The notes beneath the pieces are model-generated. The model ran no database searches, had not been told where the DNA came from, and saw nothing but the letters and a program-made list of their open reading frames with translations. This document shows, one piece after another, positions 49,288 through 61,516 of a stretch of 64,000 nt of DNA. Made by a program: the position numbers and the translations under genes. The stretch is from positions 176,714,682 to 176,778,681 of the forward strand of contig NC_068981.1 of the NCBI RefSeq assembly GCF_001194135.2. Direction: 5' to 3'. This stretch comes from Octopus bimaculoides. Lineage: Eukaryota. The stretch's first letter is position 1; the number at the start of each line of letters is the position of its first letter.

Positions 49288-49765
49288 GATTCTGTGGTTA
49301 AGAAACTTGCTTCCCAACCACGTCTTGGGTTCAGTCCCACTGTATGGCACCTCGGGCAACTGTCTTTTACTGTAGCCTCAGGCTGACTAAAGGCATGTGA
49401 GTGGATTTGATAAACAATAATTGAATGAAGTCTCCCTGTGTGTGTTTGTGTATATGTGTGTTTGTATATGTGAGCATGTGTGTGTGTGTGTAAATGTGTA
49501 TGTACATACGTGTCTATACATATATATGTGTATCTACAATGTGTGTGTGTGTGTGTGTAGCCTTGCCTCAACATCATGCGTGCAAATGAGCATCACCATC
49601 ATATAAGCAATGTGGTTCATTTCCAGTCTTCCATGGAAAACATGTATGACCATGGGCAAACATTACCTTGCTTGGAAATAGGTGAGGGCTGGCAACAGGA
49701 AGGGCATCCAGCTGTAGAAAATCTACCTCAACAGATTTTGTCTTATCCATGCAAACATGGAAACA
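49288..49765 (+). mobile_element. SINE-E: SINE-A-like head, microsatellite, ggaagggcatccagc domain
   Basis: Head gtggttaagaaacttgcttcccaacc...gggttcagtcccactg; 3' part homologous to 5410-5615. Confidence 0.65.
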
Positions 49766-49924
49766 TTTTTTCTACTACTTCCTCCAGTTGACACCCTCAT
49801 TACACCAATTGGAAAATGCAGCTGAAAACTGTAGTTAACCTGCAAAGAAACCTTTAGTTTTACAATCACACATATCATTGATTAAATCTGCTACTAAGTA
49901 AAATTAGAAATATTTCATGTCCAG

Positions 49925-50582
49925 GGATCTTTTTTAAAACGGGGGCCACATTTTTCATTAACGAAACACTTTGAAACTTGGAACACTGGTAGAATGTGTC
50001 ATATAAAACATCTTTTTCTCTTAGTCTTCTTAAAAAAAAAAGAAATCCATAAGTTATTACATGTGAAAGTTGTCGTATTTCTGTAATTTCAACTAATCAC
50101 TGACGTCCATTCAGCCGATATACATTAAGTGCCGACTACATAAACAAACGATTCTGAAACAATTAACCCTAACTCTAACCCTAACCCTAACCCTAACCCT
50201 AACCCTAACCCTAACCCTAACCCTAACCCTAACCCTAACCCTAACCCTAACCCTAACCCTAACCCTAACCCTAGGGTTAGGGTTAGGGTTAAAGCAAATT
50301 TAAAATGAAAAAAGCAAATAAAACGAAGGTATGGAGATTAAATACGCTTTACATCGCTTAATCACCCAAAGGAGTAAATGTAAACAACTGAATACTTGTC
50401 AGTGATTGGTTGAAATTATCGAAATAAGTCAATTTTTTACATGAAATAAATTCGAATACAAAAATATTTTTCTGTTCTATAACACAAAATAGATAAGTAT
50501 ACGAAGTTTGAAAGTCTTTCGGTACCAAAAACACTACGTAAAACATTAATGAAAAATGTGGCCCCCGTTTTAAAATAGATCC
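49925..50582. mobile_element. Merlin-like MITE (658 bp) with an internal telomeric repeat
   Basis: 37-bp TIR ggatct(t/a)ttttaaaacgggggccacatttttcattaa with 1 mismatch; flanks atgtccag/ttgtccag (8-bp TSD, 1 mismatch). GG termini with an 8-bp TSD fit Merlin (inference). Confidence 0.78.
50164..50291. repeat. Interstitial telomeric repeat: about 18 CCCTAA units, then 3 TTAGGG units
   Basis: Polarity switch at ccct|aggg (50272/50273). Confidence 0.97.
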
Positions 50583-52077
50583 TTGTCCAGTACTGTGACT
50601 GATCATAACACCACAGAATTTTCTCAAGCTATCCATGTAATCCACCCCTTCTTCCAGGAGTGACCTCACTTGCTCCCTTTATTACTAAGTTTTCAGGTTT
50701 TTAATCGGATGAAGAAATTTTATGTTATTTGTGGTGTAAACAATTTTAGCACCAAAGGTTATTTATTGCCTGGTTTGTCTAGTGCGTAACGCTGACCCTA
50801 TAGCAAGGTGATCAGTTTGTAAGCATTCCTTTGCTGGCATACACATTTTTGTAAATTTGACATTTACTTTAAAAGAATTTAGTCTGTATTAATTCTTTCA
50901 GCCAGCACAAACTCTCATTTTCTGTCTATTTTATTTTTGTATTTGACTTTTTCAAAATTCTTGCTTCCTTAAATAACAAACTAGTTCTTTTGGATGTACA
51001 AAATACTTCCCAGGAATTTTCTATACGTGTGTGGTACAAGTGGAGCAGTCTTAAAAACCTAATCACAATACAGTATAAATTATTATATCATTTGACTGTT
51101 AGTCACACAACTATAGCTTAAGTATTTTCAATCCATGATCTTGGTAATCTGACAGAAACCTATTTACTATGTGCCATTTACCATGACATACTACAAGCAA
51201 CAACAACAACGACAGTAATAATAGTAGTATTTACAATAATGTACTAATTAAGAAATATGGCTTCTTGTTTTGTAAAACATGCTAAATGTAGTGACATAAA
51301 TTGTAAGTGGATAATTTGGGTTTTGGTGTAAAATGGAAAATGTTAAACAGTGTGAAGAAATTGTTGAGACAAATACAGATGTATTATACATCCACAAGTA
51401 TATGCATACACACAAAAGAAAGAAATAATTTTAGTTGTAAATATCTGATGTAACATGTTCTCAAAACAAATATTGTTGTAGAAACAGCAGACAGTATGGC
51501 ATCTTATACAATAGTAAATGGTACTAGCATGCCAATAAATTTCAATTCTCATAGCTAAAACAAAAGTTAAAAACAGATAAAATTTCACTGACAACGAATA
51601 ACAAAAACAAAAAGAAAGTTTCAATTTGAATTAAGTTTATAATGAATTAGAACTTTGTCTTCTCAATTTTACTTTCTTAAAATTATTTTTATGAGAATAT
51701 GTCCAATGACCAATTAAGGTGCTGAATTATTAGCTCATAGATTCAATCATTTAGCTATCTTTTTAAACAAGACACATTGTCCTCCACTCATTTTGAATTC
51801 TTAAGATGGTACTATTTCCAGCTAAATTGTCATTGGTTTCTTTGCCAAGAAGATAGAGACTGTAAACATTATTAACTGAAATGATACTTTGTATTAGTCA
51901 TTTGTTCCAACCATAAATTATATTTTAGAGTACAACACTTTAGGATCCCTGCCATCTTCTAAAGAAAATGATAAAAATCTCCAGAAGAACCAAAAGTACT
52001 GACTGTCTAAATTCAACTAGTTGTGACTTGAAGCTCCAAAAATGAACTGGAATTTATATGAACGAAGGTATCATCTT

Positions 52078-52499
52078 TAGAAATAATATATTTCTAAATC
52101 TCTCAGAGAGATTTATGCAGTAGTGATACGATGAAGTAGTTGTATGCTGTCAACTTAATGTGACAGTCCCCGAAGGGAATAATACTACTGTTGGTTAGAC
52201 CTAGGAAGCTGCACCGCTTCCTGTCGGCCTTGACACATTTCCTGTGTCCTTATGTTTACAAAGGGGAGACAAGCACTTCCACCCAGCTAAGCCTGCATCC
52301 AGATACATGTTTCTGATGATACATGTATCTGGATGCAGGCTTAGCTGGGTGGAAGTGCTTGTCTCCCCTTTGTAAACATAAGGACACAGGAAATGTGTCA
52401 AGGCCGACAGGAAGCGGTGCAGCTTCCTAGGTCTAACCAACAGTAGTATTATTCCCTTCAGGGGACTGTCACATTAAGTTGACAGCATACAACTACTTC
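52078..52499 (-). mobile_element. Putative Penelope-like family 2 insertion with a 5' fold-back (179/180-bp arms, 10-nt loop)
   Basis: 52132-52310 is the reverse complement of 52321-52500 apart from one indel; direct repeat aaggtatcatctt at 52065-52077 and 52500-52512. Confidence 0.75.
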
Positions 52500-52639
52500 A
52501 AGGTATCATCTTGTTAAAAGATACATGTTCTAACAGCTCAAAAGAAATTTTTTTGTTGTTGGCCTCACTTCCAATTGCAAGGCTGTGACTGCTACTACCT
52601 TATGCTTACTCACAACTTTGGAGTCAACCCATGTGTACT

Positions 52640-53008
52640 TAGTTGCTTGTGCAAATACTGATCTCTAACTGTGGAGGGAACCTGTGGAAGAGGTAGAGCC
52701 TGGGAGGCATGGGAAGAAGTGGTGAAATAAGATCTTTGGATGTTGAGTCTCATAGAGACAATGACAAGTGACTGAGACTTTTGGTAATTTACTGTGCTTG
52801 AGAAGACTCATGATGCACAATTGTAGTTGTGGCCAGTGCCAGTGACATGTGTGAGGCACTCATGCCGGTGACACATATATAGCACTCATGCCAGTGACAT
52901 ATATAAGGCACACGTGCCAGTGACACGTAATAGGCACCTATGCATGTGACACATAAAAGACACCTAGTACACTCTATGGAGTGGTTGTAGAAACCAAGCC
53001 AAAACAGA
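52640..53008 (+). mobile_element. Degraded RTE ORF2 C-terminus plus 3'UTR with about 26-bp modules
   Basis: LTVEGTCGRGRAWEAWEEVVK*DLWMLSLIETMTSD; modules at 52830-52960. Confidence 0.75.
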
Positions 53009-53024
53009 CTATATATATATATAT

Positions 53025-53530
53025 ATAATATATTTACTCTCTGCACACGATTAGACTTGAAAGTTTGTGAGAAACCCATTGACCCAATTTGCTGACTTTT
53101 CCAATGGCATGCAGGTGTTGATGAATGGTTGATCGACCAAATCCAAGCTTCTCTGCTAGTTCCTCAACAGTCATGATGGGATTTTGTTCCACCTGGGTTT
53201 GCAGGACGTCCTCATCAAGCTCTACAAATCTTCCAGGACAAGGCTCGTCTTCTAGGCTGTAGTCTCCAGCTCAGAATTTCTGGAACCACAAGTGACACTG
53301 GCTTATGCTTATTGTCCGATCCCCATATACTGAATTAATATTCCTTACAATTTCTGCTGCGTTGTTGCCTTTATTGAACTCATAAAGCAAAATATGCCGA
53401 ATTTGCTCCTTTGTCATTTCTATTATAGCTTTGAAAAAATAACTGTTAAACTCGAACTGCACTCTTCAAAATTTGCACTAAAAATAAGGACAAGGTAAAA
53501 TTACTACCTGCTTTTATAGCAAGTTGATGC
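53025..53530 (-). pseudogene. Mariner transposase N-terminal (HTH) fragment, inactive
   Basis: ATG at 53417: MTKEQIRHILLYEFNKGNNAAEIVRNINSVYGDRTISISQCHLWFQKF*AGDYSLEDEPCPGR...KVSKLGQWVSHKL (WVPHEL-like motif); contains a stop and a frameshift. Confidence 0.9.
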
Positions 53531-53924
53531 AGGTAATTTATCCCATTCCCTTTTGACTTTTAGCTCATGCATTTGAAAAAAAAAACCACATTATTTATAG
53601 GATAACCTAATATATATATTAGAAGGTTGATGATGGTACACAATATATATATATATATATTCACATCTTACCAGATGGATATTCTCCACTTTGAATCACC
53701 AATCCATCTGTTCCTGTAAATCGAAAATGTACAAAAAGAGTGTGAAAAGCCAGGGAATTACATAAACAACAGAAATTGTTTCCTCACTTTATGATGACTG
53801 ACAAACTTTACACATTGTGGACAGATGTGATATAATTAACAGTTTTTATGTCTATTGAAGTTGGCTGTGATATTTAAGGAATTCAAAGCCGTATTTATAA
53901 ACATGTGTATATTGTTTATTATTT

Positions 53925-54395
53925 TTCACTTGTTTCAGTTATTGGGCTGTGACCATGCTGGAGCATTGTCTCGAATGATTTAGTTGAAGAACTCAATGCC
54001 AGTACTGTACTTATTCTGTCAGACTCTCTTTGCCAAACTGCTAAATTTCAAGAACACAAACAAATGAACGATGGTTATCAAACAGTGATAAGGGAGACAA
54101 ACACTATTACACACACATGTATATATGTACCTGCAAGGTACCGGTGCACAATGGGTCAAAATGATCATAGTGAATAAAGAGTCTCATGAATTTCATTTTC
54201 TTTCTCTTGTATTTTCAAACACACACACACACACATATATACATATGATGGGCTTCCACACAGTTTCCATCAACAAAATCACTCACAAGGCACTGGTAGG
54301 CCCAAGGCTATAATAGAAGGTACTTGTCCAGAGTGCTGTACAGTAGGACTGAATCCAAAACCAGGCGGTTGCAATGTGAGATTCTTAACCACACA
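53925..54395 (-). mobile_element. SINE-A, degraded
   Basis: cacttgtttcagttattgggctgtgaccatgctggagc ... cttaaccacacagc. Confidence 0.75.
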
Positions 54396-54679
54396 GCAGT
54401 CTGCTAATTCTCTTATTATTTGACCTGTAAAATGTTATGAATATATACTCACTTTATAACACTCCCTAATTAATTTTCATATAAATGTTACTTTAACTCT
54501 TTTAACTATTGTAGATTCCAAATTTGCTGTCATTCTTTTCGTCAGTCTACAAGAAAGTTATCTTGTTGGTCGGTTGGCAAAGATTCGCTCATTAACTATC
54601 ATAACAACAGTATCTACTCTTTTGAACTAGCTAGTTGCACACCTCCTCTATCAATGCCCACTGAAATATCCATCTAGGC

Positions 54680-54926
54680 TAGTGGTTCTCAACCTGGGTC
54701 CACATGACCCTTGGGGGTTCATATAAGATTTTGTTGTTGAAATTTATCTGCAATAAATTGGTTATAGTTCTATAATACACAAAATATTTTAACAATTTTT
54801 TTTTTTATACAATTCCTAATAATATTAAATTATAAAATTTTTAAACATAGAATATTTAGGAGGGCCCATTTGTATAAAATAGGAATCAAAGGGGTCCCAA
54901 AGGTGAAAAATGGCTGAGAAACACTG
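54680..54926. mobile_element. hAT (Charlie-like) MITE
   Basis: Termini tagtggttctcaacc / ggctgagaaacactg; perfect 8-bp TSD atctaggc at 54672-54679 and 54927-54934. Confidence 0.9.
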
Positions 54927-54995
54927 ATCTAGGCCCTTCTATTCATTCTTTCTGCATCTCTGCTTCAGATTTTCTTAGACAACAAACTGCAAGTG

Positions 54996-55210
54996 TTAAA
55001 CCCTTTAGCATTCAGATTACTCTGTCAAACATTATGCTTATTTATTCACATTGTTTTGAATTGGGTCATGCATTATTTCATAGCTTTAAGATTTCAGTGA
55101 TTTGGTTGTGTATTTTCAGAATGACATTGTAGGGTAGGTGTAAGAGGCCAGATCAGTCTGAACATCAAACATGTATGATATTTGGGCCAGACATGACCGG
55201 TTTGAATGCT
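54996..55210. mobile_element. piggyBac-like MITE family 1, right end lost
   Basis: ttaaa-ccctttagcattcagattactctgtc...tttgaatgct. Confidence 0.75.
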
Positions 55211-55760
55211 CCATTTATCCTGCCTGGGAGGACCTGAAAAGTACATAGCCTCTACACCTCTTCCTTTAACTAACTTATAAAACAATTAAAACATATGGGA
55301 GCCATCACTACAACAGATCTGTTCCCATTGCCATTAATCACTTGCTCCCTTGTAGTAGTGTTCTTCAGTAACATCTCAGACTCTATATTTATGTAGGGAA
55401 GTATAATGTTAAATGAAACTAAGAGGCTGGACTTATTGGATCATATGATCAGAGCCTGAAGCTACATTATAACTATTTTATTGTATTGATGAGCAAGTCA
55501 CATAACTCTGCTTGCTTCAGTTTACTTAACTGACGACCAGTTCCAACAGGTTGAATTATTAGCAGTAGGAGGATTATTTATCCATAAAAATTTCCCCAAC
55601 AGAACCATCTTACTGATCCATTTATCAAAATGTATACACTATCTTTATTGCTGTCATTACTGCAGTCTCTCCTCTGAACATCTGATTACCCAATCTCTCC
55701 ACCCACTTATACCCCACACACTGGTAATAGTAATGGATGTAAAGCATGAATAAAAATGAA

Positions 55761-57056
55761 AAGACATTTGTGTACAAATGGAAAAATGTATTTGCTCTTT
55801 GATGTTTGTGTGACAACTGTCATGCATATATACACTTGATTCACAAAGCCACTTGACTTGTTCGCTTAACATCAATACCACCATACATTGACTGGTACAG
55901 GCTGCAAAGAAGTTGGAGAAATTTTGTGGATTTAGGAGAATTGCCATTATTTGCAATTTTGCAATGGTCAGGCTCTGGTATCAAATTATTTGTTTTCAGC
56001 TATGATTAGACGAAACTTTTGTTGACAAATACACACAAAATTAACTGGACATCAGAGGCAGAAGTTTATATATTTTGGATGTTTAGTTTCATGGGCAATG
56101 TCAGTGTTTTCTGTCTTGATGTCACTAGTTGAGAGATAGTTCAAATAGACAGAGAAAGAGAGAGACTGACGTAGAGTGCAACAGAGACAAATAAACCAAA
56201 ATTAGAAAAACAGAGGCATTGATTTCTCTGTTATAAATACCTATAGGAAATGGTGCCATCCATGCTATTTGGTTACTCTGTCACTATATCTGTTTAAACA
56301 AAATGAAGAAGAGGTAAGTGAAATTAAAACACAAATAAAAGAAATAAATAATGGAAAAAGAATGACTAAAATTGACAAATTGATTAGTGCATCACTTTCC
56401 ATACATTATAATTTTTTGTTTTAAACTGATATTGCAAAAGGACAATCCTTTTTTTCTTTGTATGTATTTGTTTATGTATGAAGTATCTAGCACAGATTGC
56501 TGTTAGAAGTGATTTAAGGAATTAAAGTAATTAGATCAAAGCATTGACTGTTTTTATGATAGGAAAAATTTGTTAGGATTTCTTTATCTTTTTGTTTTTT
56601 TAAATTAGAAAGTAAACAGCAATAGCTTGACTCTATTGGACATTTTCACTTCAAAGAGATGAAATGATTGTATGAGATTACAGCTCGTCTATCTATATTT
56701 TGAGCATTAACCTGGTTCAGTGAACTAGTCCAAAATGAAAAATGTTCAAGAAAAGCTATGCTACAGAGCAGTGATTCCCAAACTTTTTCAATCTGCTGCC
56801 CCCTTGGCACCTGGGCCACATTCCTAGCGCTACCTCCCCTCTGCTTACCACCACAAACGTAGACCATCTTCTGCAACAAATTCAAATCCACAAAACTTCT
56901 CCGACTTCTTTGCAACCTATGTCAGTCAATGTATGGTGGAATTGATGTTAAGTGAACAAGTCAAGTGGCTTTGTGAAACAAGTATAGATATGTATGACAG
57001 TTGTCACACAATCATCCAAGGACAAATATATTTTTCCATTTGAACACAAATATCTT
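55761..57056. repeat. Pair of 173-bp inverted repeats (55761-55933 and 56884-57056), 950-bp spacer
   Basis: Long shared blocks such as cacaaagccacttgacttgttc.cttaacatcaat.ccaccatacattgactg. Confidence 0.85.
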
Positions 57057-57064
57057 CGTATTTT

Positions 57065-57111
57065 TAACCTAAAACTTAACCTAAAACTTAACCTAAAACT
57101 TAACCTAGGTA
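57065..57111. repeat. 12-bp tandem repeat (TAACCTAAAACT) x3 plus taacctaggta
   Basis: Seen directly. Confidence 0.9.
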
Positions 57112-57298
57112 CAGTAGTTGCTGTATGATAAGTAGCTTGCTTACCAACCACATGGTTCTGGGCTCAGTCCATTGCATGGTACCTTCAGCAAGTGTCTTCT
57201 ACTATAGCCTCGGGCTGACCAAAGCCTTGTGAGTGGATTTGGTAGACGGAAACTGAAAGAAGCCCATCATGTATATATATATATATATATATATATAT

Positions 57299-57500
57299 GA
57301 TTCATAATCAAGGTGCAAAACATCTTGGACTTTCCTCCATCACCTGATTCTGATGAAGAGCTTTGCTCGAAACATAAAAACTACCTTTCTTTCCTTCCCT
57401 GAGCATCTGCTAATACTTTGCATGTACCACGTACTCACGTTGTTGTTTTTTCTTGTTTCTTGTTGTGTTTGTTCTTCGTTTTTGGGGGGGATTTACTATA
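57299..57500 (+). mobile_element. Penelope-like family 1 terminal fragment inserted in (TA)n
   Basis: Carries a hammerhead relic; no poly(A); right end abuts a gap; second copy at 45486-45600. Confidence 0.7.
57350..57376 (+). ncRNA. Minimal type-I hammerhead ribozyme relic, probably inactive
   Basis: CTGATGA-A-GAGC-ttt-GCTC-GAAAC-ATA: core boxes and 4-bp stem II intact; the expected GAAACGTA reads GAAACATA. Confidence 0.7.
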
Positions 57501-59792
57501 NNNNNNNNNNNNNNNNNNNNNNNNNNNNNNNNNNNNNNNNNNNNNNNNNNNNNNNNNNNNNNNNNNNNNNNNNNNNNNNNNNNNNNNNNNNNNNNNNNNN
57601 NNNNNNNNNNNNNNTATGTATATATGTTTCTGTGTCTGTGTTTGTCCCCCCACTGTTGCTTGACAACCAATGCTGGTGTGTTTACATCCCTGTAAACTTA
57701 GTAGTTCGGCCTGACATCGTTTGACTGTTCGACTAAAGGCAGTGCTCCAGCATGGCCGCATTCAAATGACTGAAACAAATAAAAGAATAAAAGAATAATC
57801 AACCCACTATTTTGGGGTTTTGACCACCTCATTATCACCCCACTTTTCTTCAAAGCCTACCAAGATCTTTCCTTCACCCCTAGCAGGGCAGTACTTTTGG
57901 AACCACTATTGTAGAGGTTTTTAAAACTAGTGGAGAAAGTGATTTGAATATTAAGGTACACAACAGCATGTTGAAGATATGCTTTTGTACATCTTTGCTT
58001 TGGACACTGAACTTAATACTGATATATTCAAACAATTATAAGTCCAGGATTTAATTTTTTTTTTCTATGTATGCAAAGCTGAAAGTAAATTAAGTTCAAG
58101 TTGGAGGTAGGTAGTAAAGTAACCCTAATTTACTGATCTTCCACCTGCTATGTCAATTATCTTTAACTTGAACATTTCAGTGTGTCAAGCAGCTGTGTTA
58201 GCTAAGAACTCCATAAAAACCGGAAATTAGTGATACTTTGGTTGTTAGTACATCTAATTTCAGAGGCACATATTGATTTTTATTTAGGAGAAGAAAAAAA
58301 AAATAATTTGCTGCACTTGTAAGACATCTCTGATAGATATCGTTATTTCGGGCTTCCTCCCCCACCCCACCAGAGTTGTCTTTTAAATATTTCACCAAAA
58401 GTTTCTATTTTTTTATCATTATTATTCTTTTTTAATGTTTACCAAAATTGTACATAAATCTACAATATTGCCAGCAGTCTTCTAGGAAATTTTATTTTCC
58501 GCCCTCTTTCTCTCTCTCTCTCTCTTTATTTATTCATTGTCTTACTTTTGTTTTTTTCCCCCTATATCTTACCGTTCATTATTGTATCACAAATATTTTT
58601 TATGGAGTGATAATATTTGCAATAATAGTAGTGGCAATAACAATCGAAGCAGTTGAAGAAGTAGGGAAGTTTAGAGAAGGTTGTGCTGGCAAAAAGAAAG
58701 AAGGAAAATGTTTTGTTTTGGCAGGATTGGTGTGAGCAATATGGTGGCACTACTGTACATAACAGCAGTTCAACCAATTAACTTTTTATTTGCTTTCTTT
58801 TTTATTCTTTTAAATTCACTGCGAAAATCTTTAACTAGTTTCCAGAGCAGGAAACTGCCATGCCAAACAAAATCTAAATAGCCAAGAAAATAGTGTAAAA
58901 CCACATTATTTACAAGAATTATCAACTAGAAATTGTGTATTTCAGATACTGAATAAAATAAAATGAAAAAAAATATTTAAAATGTGCAAGGAAAAATATA
59001 AATGAATTAACAATAAAGCTAGTGAGCCAGAGAAGAAAATACCCACAAAAGCAAGAAGAATGTGTTTATGGATACTAAATAAAAGAGGGGTGGGACAGTA
59101 TAAATGTTGTTTTTACTAACCCAGAGTTGCTGGTAGCAATAATTCCCTTGATGCTATGACTAATATGAGGTTTCAAATACAAAGCACCACGAAGAAAATG
59201 TTCATGGGTGGGGAATAAAGAAAGGTTTTGTGGTTGCTCTAAAGGGGAATACGATGAAAGATTCTAATCTTTTAGGAATTTTGCTGCTAACATATGCAGA
59301 ACATCCTCATGTTAGCTTCATGTTTTGGGGGCATTTTTTTTTTTTAGGTTTTTTTTTTTTTTTTTTGCAGCTTGCCACATAATGGATAGGGCATGCTTGT
59401 AGGATCACACAAAGCTCTGTCACCAAACTTATGCATGTTACAGCTGTCTGTCACATATCTCCCTCTGCTTCGTTCTTTTATGTGTACCACAGCTGTCTCT
59501 CATACCAAACCACTTTCCTTTTCATGGTTATGTGTATTGCAGCTGGTTCTCTCACCAGATGTACTCTGTTTCCTTCTTTTGAGCACCATTCTGTCACAAG
59601 ACCTGTTCCATTTCATGCTCTTGTATATCATTGCTTCTTCTGTCACCAGATCTATCTCATTTCCCATTTTTGTTTCTTCTTTCACACAGATCTTTGCTTC
59701 CAATATTTTGTTACATTTATCCTCCCTTCACTTTCTGTTTTCTCATTTTCCCCCCAGTTTCTCTTCTACCCTAATTTTCCCATTGTCCCCTT

Positions 59793-59795
<3 letters not shown>

Positions 59796-59858
<63 letters not shown>

Positions 59859-60348
59859 NNNNNNNNNNNNNNNNNNNNNNNNNNNNNNNNNNNNNNNNNN
59901 NNNNNNNNNNNNNNNNNNNNNNNNNNNNNNNNNNNNNNNNNNNNNNNNNNNNNNNNNNNNNNNNNNNNNNNNNNNNNNNNNNNNNNNNNNNNNNNNNNNN
60001 NNNNNNNNNNNNNNNNNNNNNNNNNNNNNNNNNNNNNNNNNNNNNNNNNNNNNNNNNNNNNNNNNNNNNNNNNNNNNNNNNNNNNNNNNNNNNNNNNNNN
60101 NNNNNNNNNNNNNNNNNNNNNNNNNNNNNNNNNNNNNNNNNNNNNNNNNNNNNNNNNNNNNNNNNNNNNNNNNNNNNNNNNNNNNNNNNNNNNNNNNNNN
60201 NNNNNNNNNNNNNNNNNNNNNNNNNNNNNNNNNNNNNNNNNNNNNNNNNNNNNNNNNNNNNNNNNNNNNNNNNNNNNNNNNNNNNNNNNNNNNNNNNNNN
60301 NNNNNNNNNNNNNNNNNNNNNNNNNNNNNNNNNNNNNNNNNNNNNNNN

Positions 60349-60397
<49 letters not shown>
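59796..60397. repeat. (CT)n array spanning a gap (another at 30144-30485)
   Basis: Seen directly; explains the poly-SL/ER ORFs. Confidence 0.95.
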
Positions 60398-60399
<2 letters not shown>

Positions 60400-61516
60400 A
60401 ATGCATTTCTTAGTTTCTTTCCTTTCTCTCACATGTCACAATCCTTCTCTCTCCACCAAGAATCCCTCACTTCCATCTTATTCTATTTCCTTCGTAAAAG
60501 TTAACCAGAAAACTAGCCAGAAATCACCCACCAAGACCGAACTTCCATTCTTTACTCTTTTCCCAACCTCATACAGTTTGGGGTTGAGGTTACATGAGAT
60601 GTTATTTTTGTTTTATTGTTATCAGATTGCCACCCATCAAGGCCTCCTTCATCCTTTTCAGCAGCTTCTTCTTTTCTCTCTTCCTTTAGAGTTGGGGAAA
60701 AGTATACATACACTTCTCAATGCTGTCTTTGTCCTAACCCTTCACCATGTTCTCTTTTACTAGACTTTCCTGTCATTCTCCATCTTCCTTGTAATGTTAC
60801 CCGTCCTTTACTCCAAACCATTTCTTGTCCTGGTCTAGCCCACCCTTATTCCACATTACAACCAATCAATTTACACATACCCCTATCCTTCAAAATTTCA
60901 ACAACTTTAAGAAAAGGCAAAAAAGAAAAACTGCTATTTTATTCTATTATCTCACCCTACAAAATTCCATTCCACTTACCCATTCATTCAACTGGCAAAT
61001 TATCTTTTTGATAGTCTTCAAATTTTATCAGCAAATTTGTCCCAAAGTAGCTTGATCAAGCGTAATTACTATCATGGCTCCCCACCCCCATACAATGTCC
61101 AGCATATACTGATATCAGCACAACTGTTACAGGCACTGATTAAAATTGAATTTCCTCACAACCCATTGAAACAATAGCTTAAATATATTTATTAGATGGT
61201 TAAAATACAAGAAATTGTTGGTGCAAAATCATACACTTTATCTCTTATCAGATTATGTTTACTTGTACAAGATGTATTTATTTCAATTTAATCACATAAC
61301 ATACTTAAATTAGGAAAATTATTGTGATGTTTATAATTCTCATGTCTGTCTGTCTGTCTGTCTGCATGCATGTCATTATTCAGTTTTATTTCAAGATTTC
61401 TTGCCAATAGAGAAAGAACCGGTTTCTAACCTAGATCCAAGGCTCCTTCAATGGAATTTCAACATCAACAACAGGGTATATATGTGTGTATGTATGCATG
61501 TATGCATGTATGTATA

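Larger units (their letters stand above)
57113..57797 (+). mobile_element. SINE-A host with a nested Penelope-like fragment
   Basis: Head at about 57113, tail aaaagaataaaagaata; internal (TA)n interrupted at 57299. Confidence 0.85.

Noticed and set aside
50164-50291. Ancient telomere-telomere fusion site or chromosome end
   Set aside because: Wrong polarity for a fusion, and the array lies inside a TIR/TSD-bounded element.
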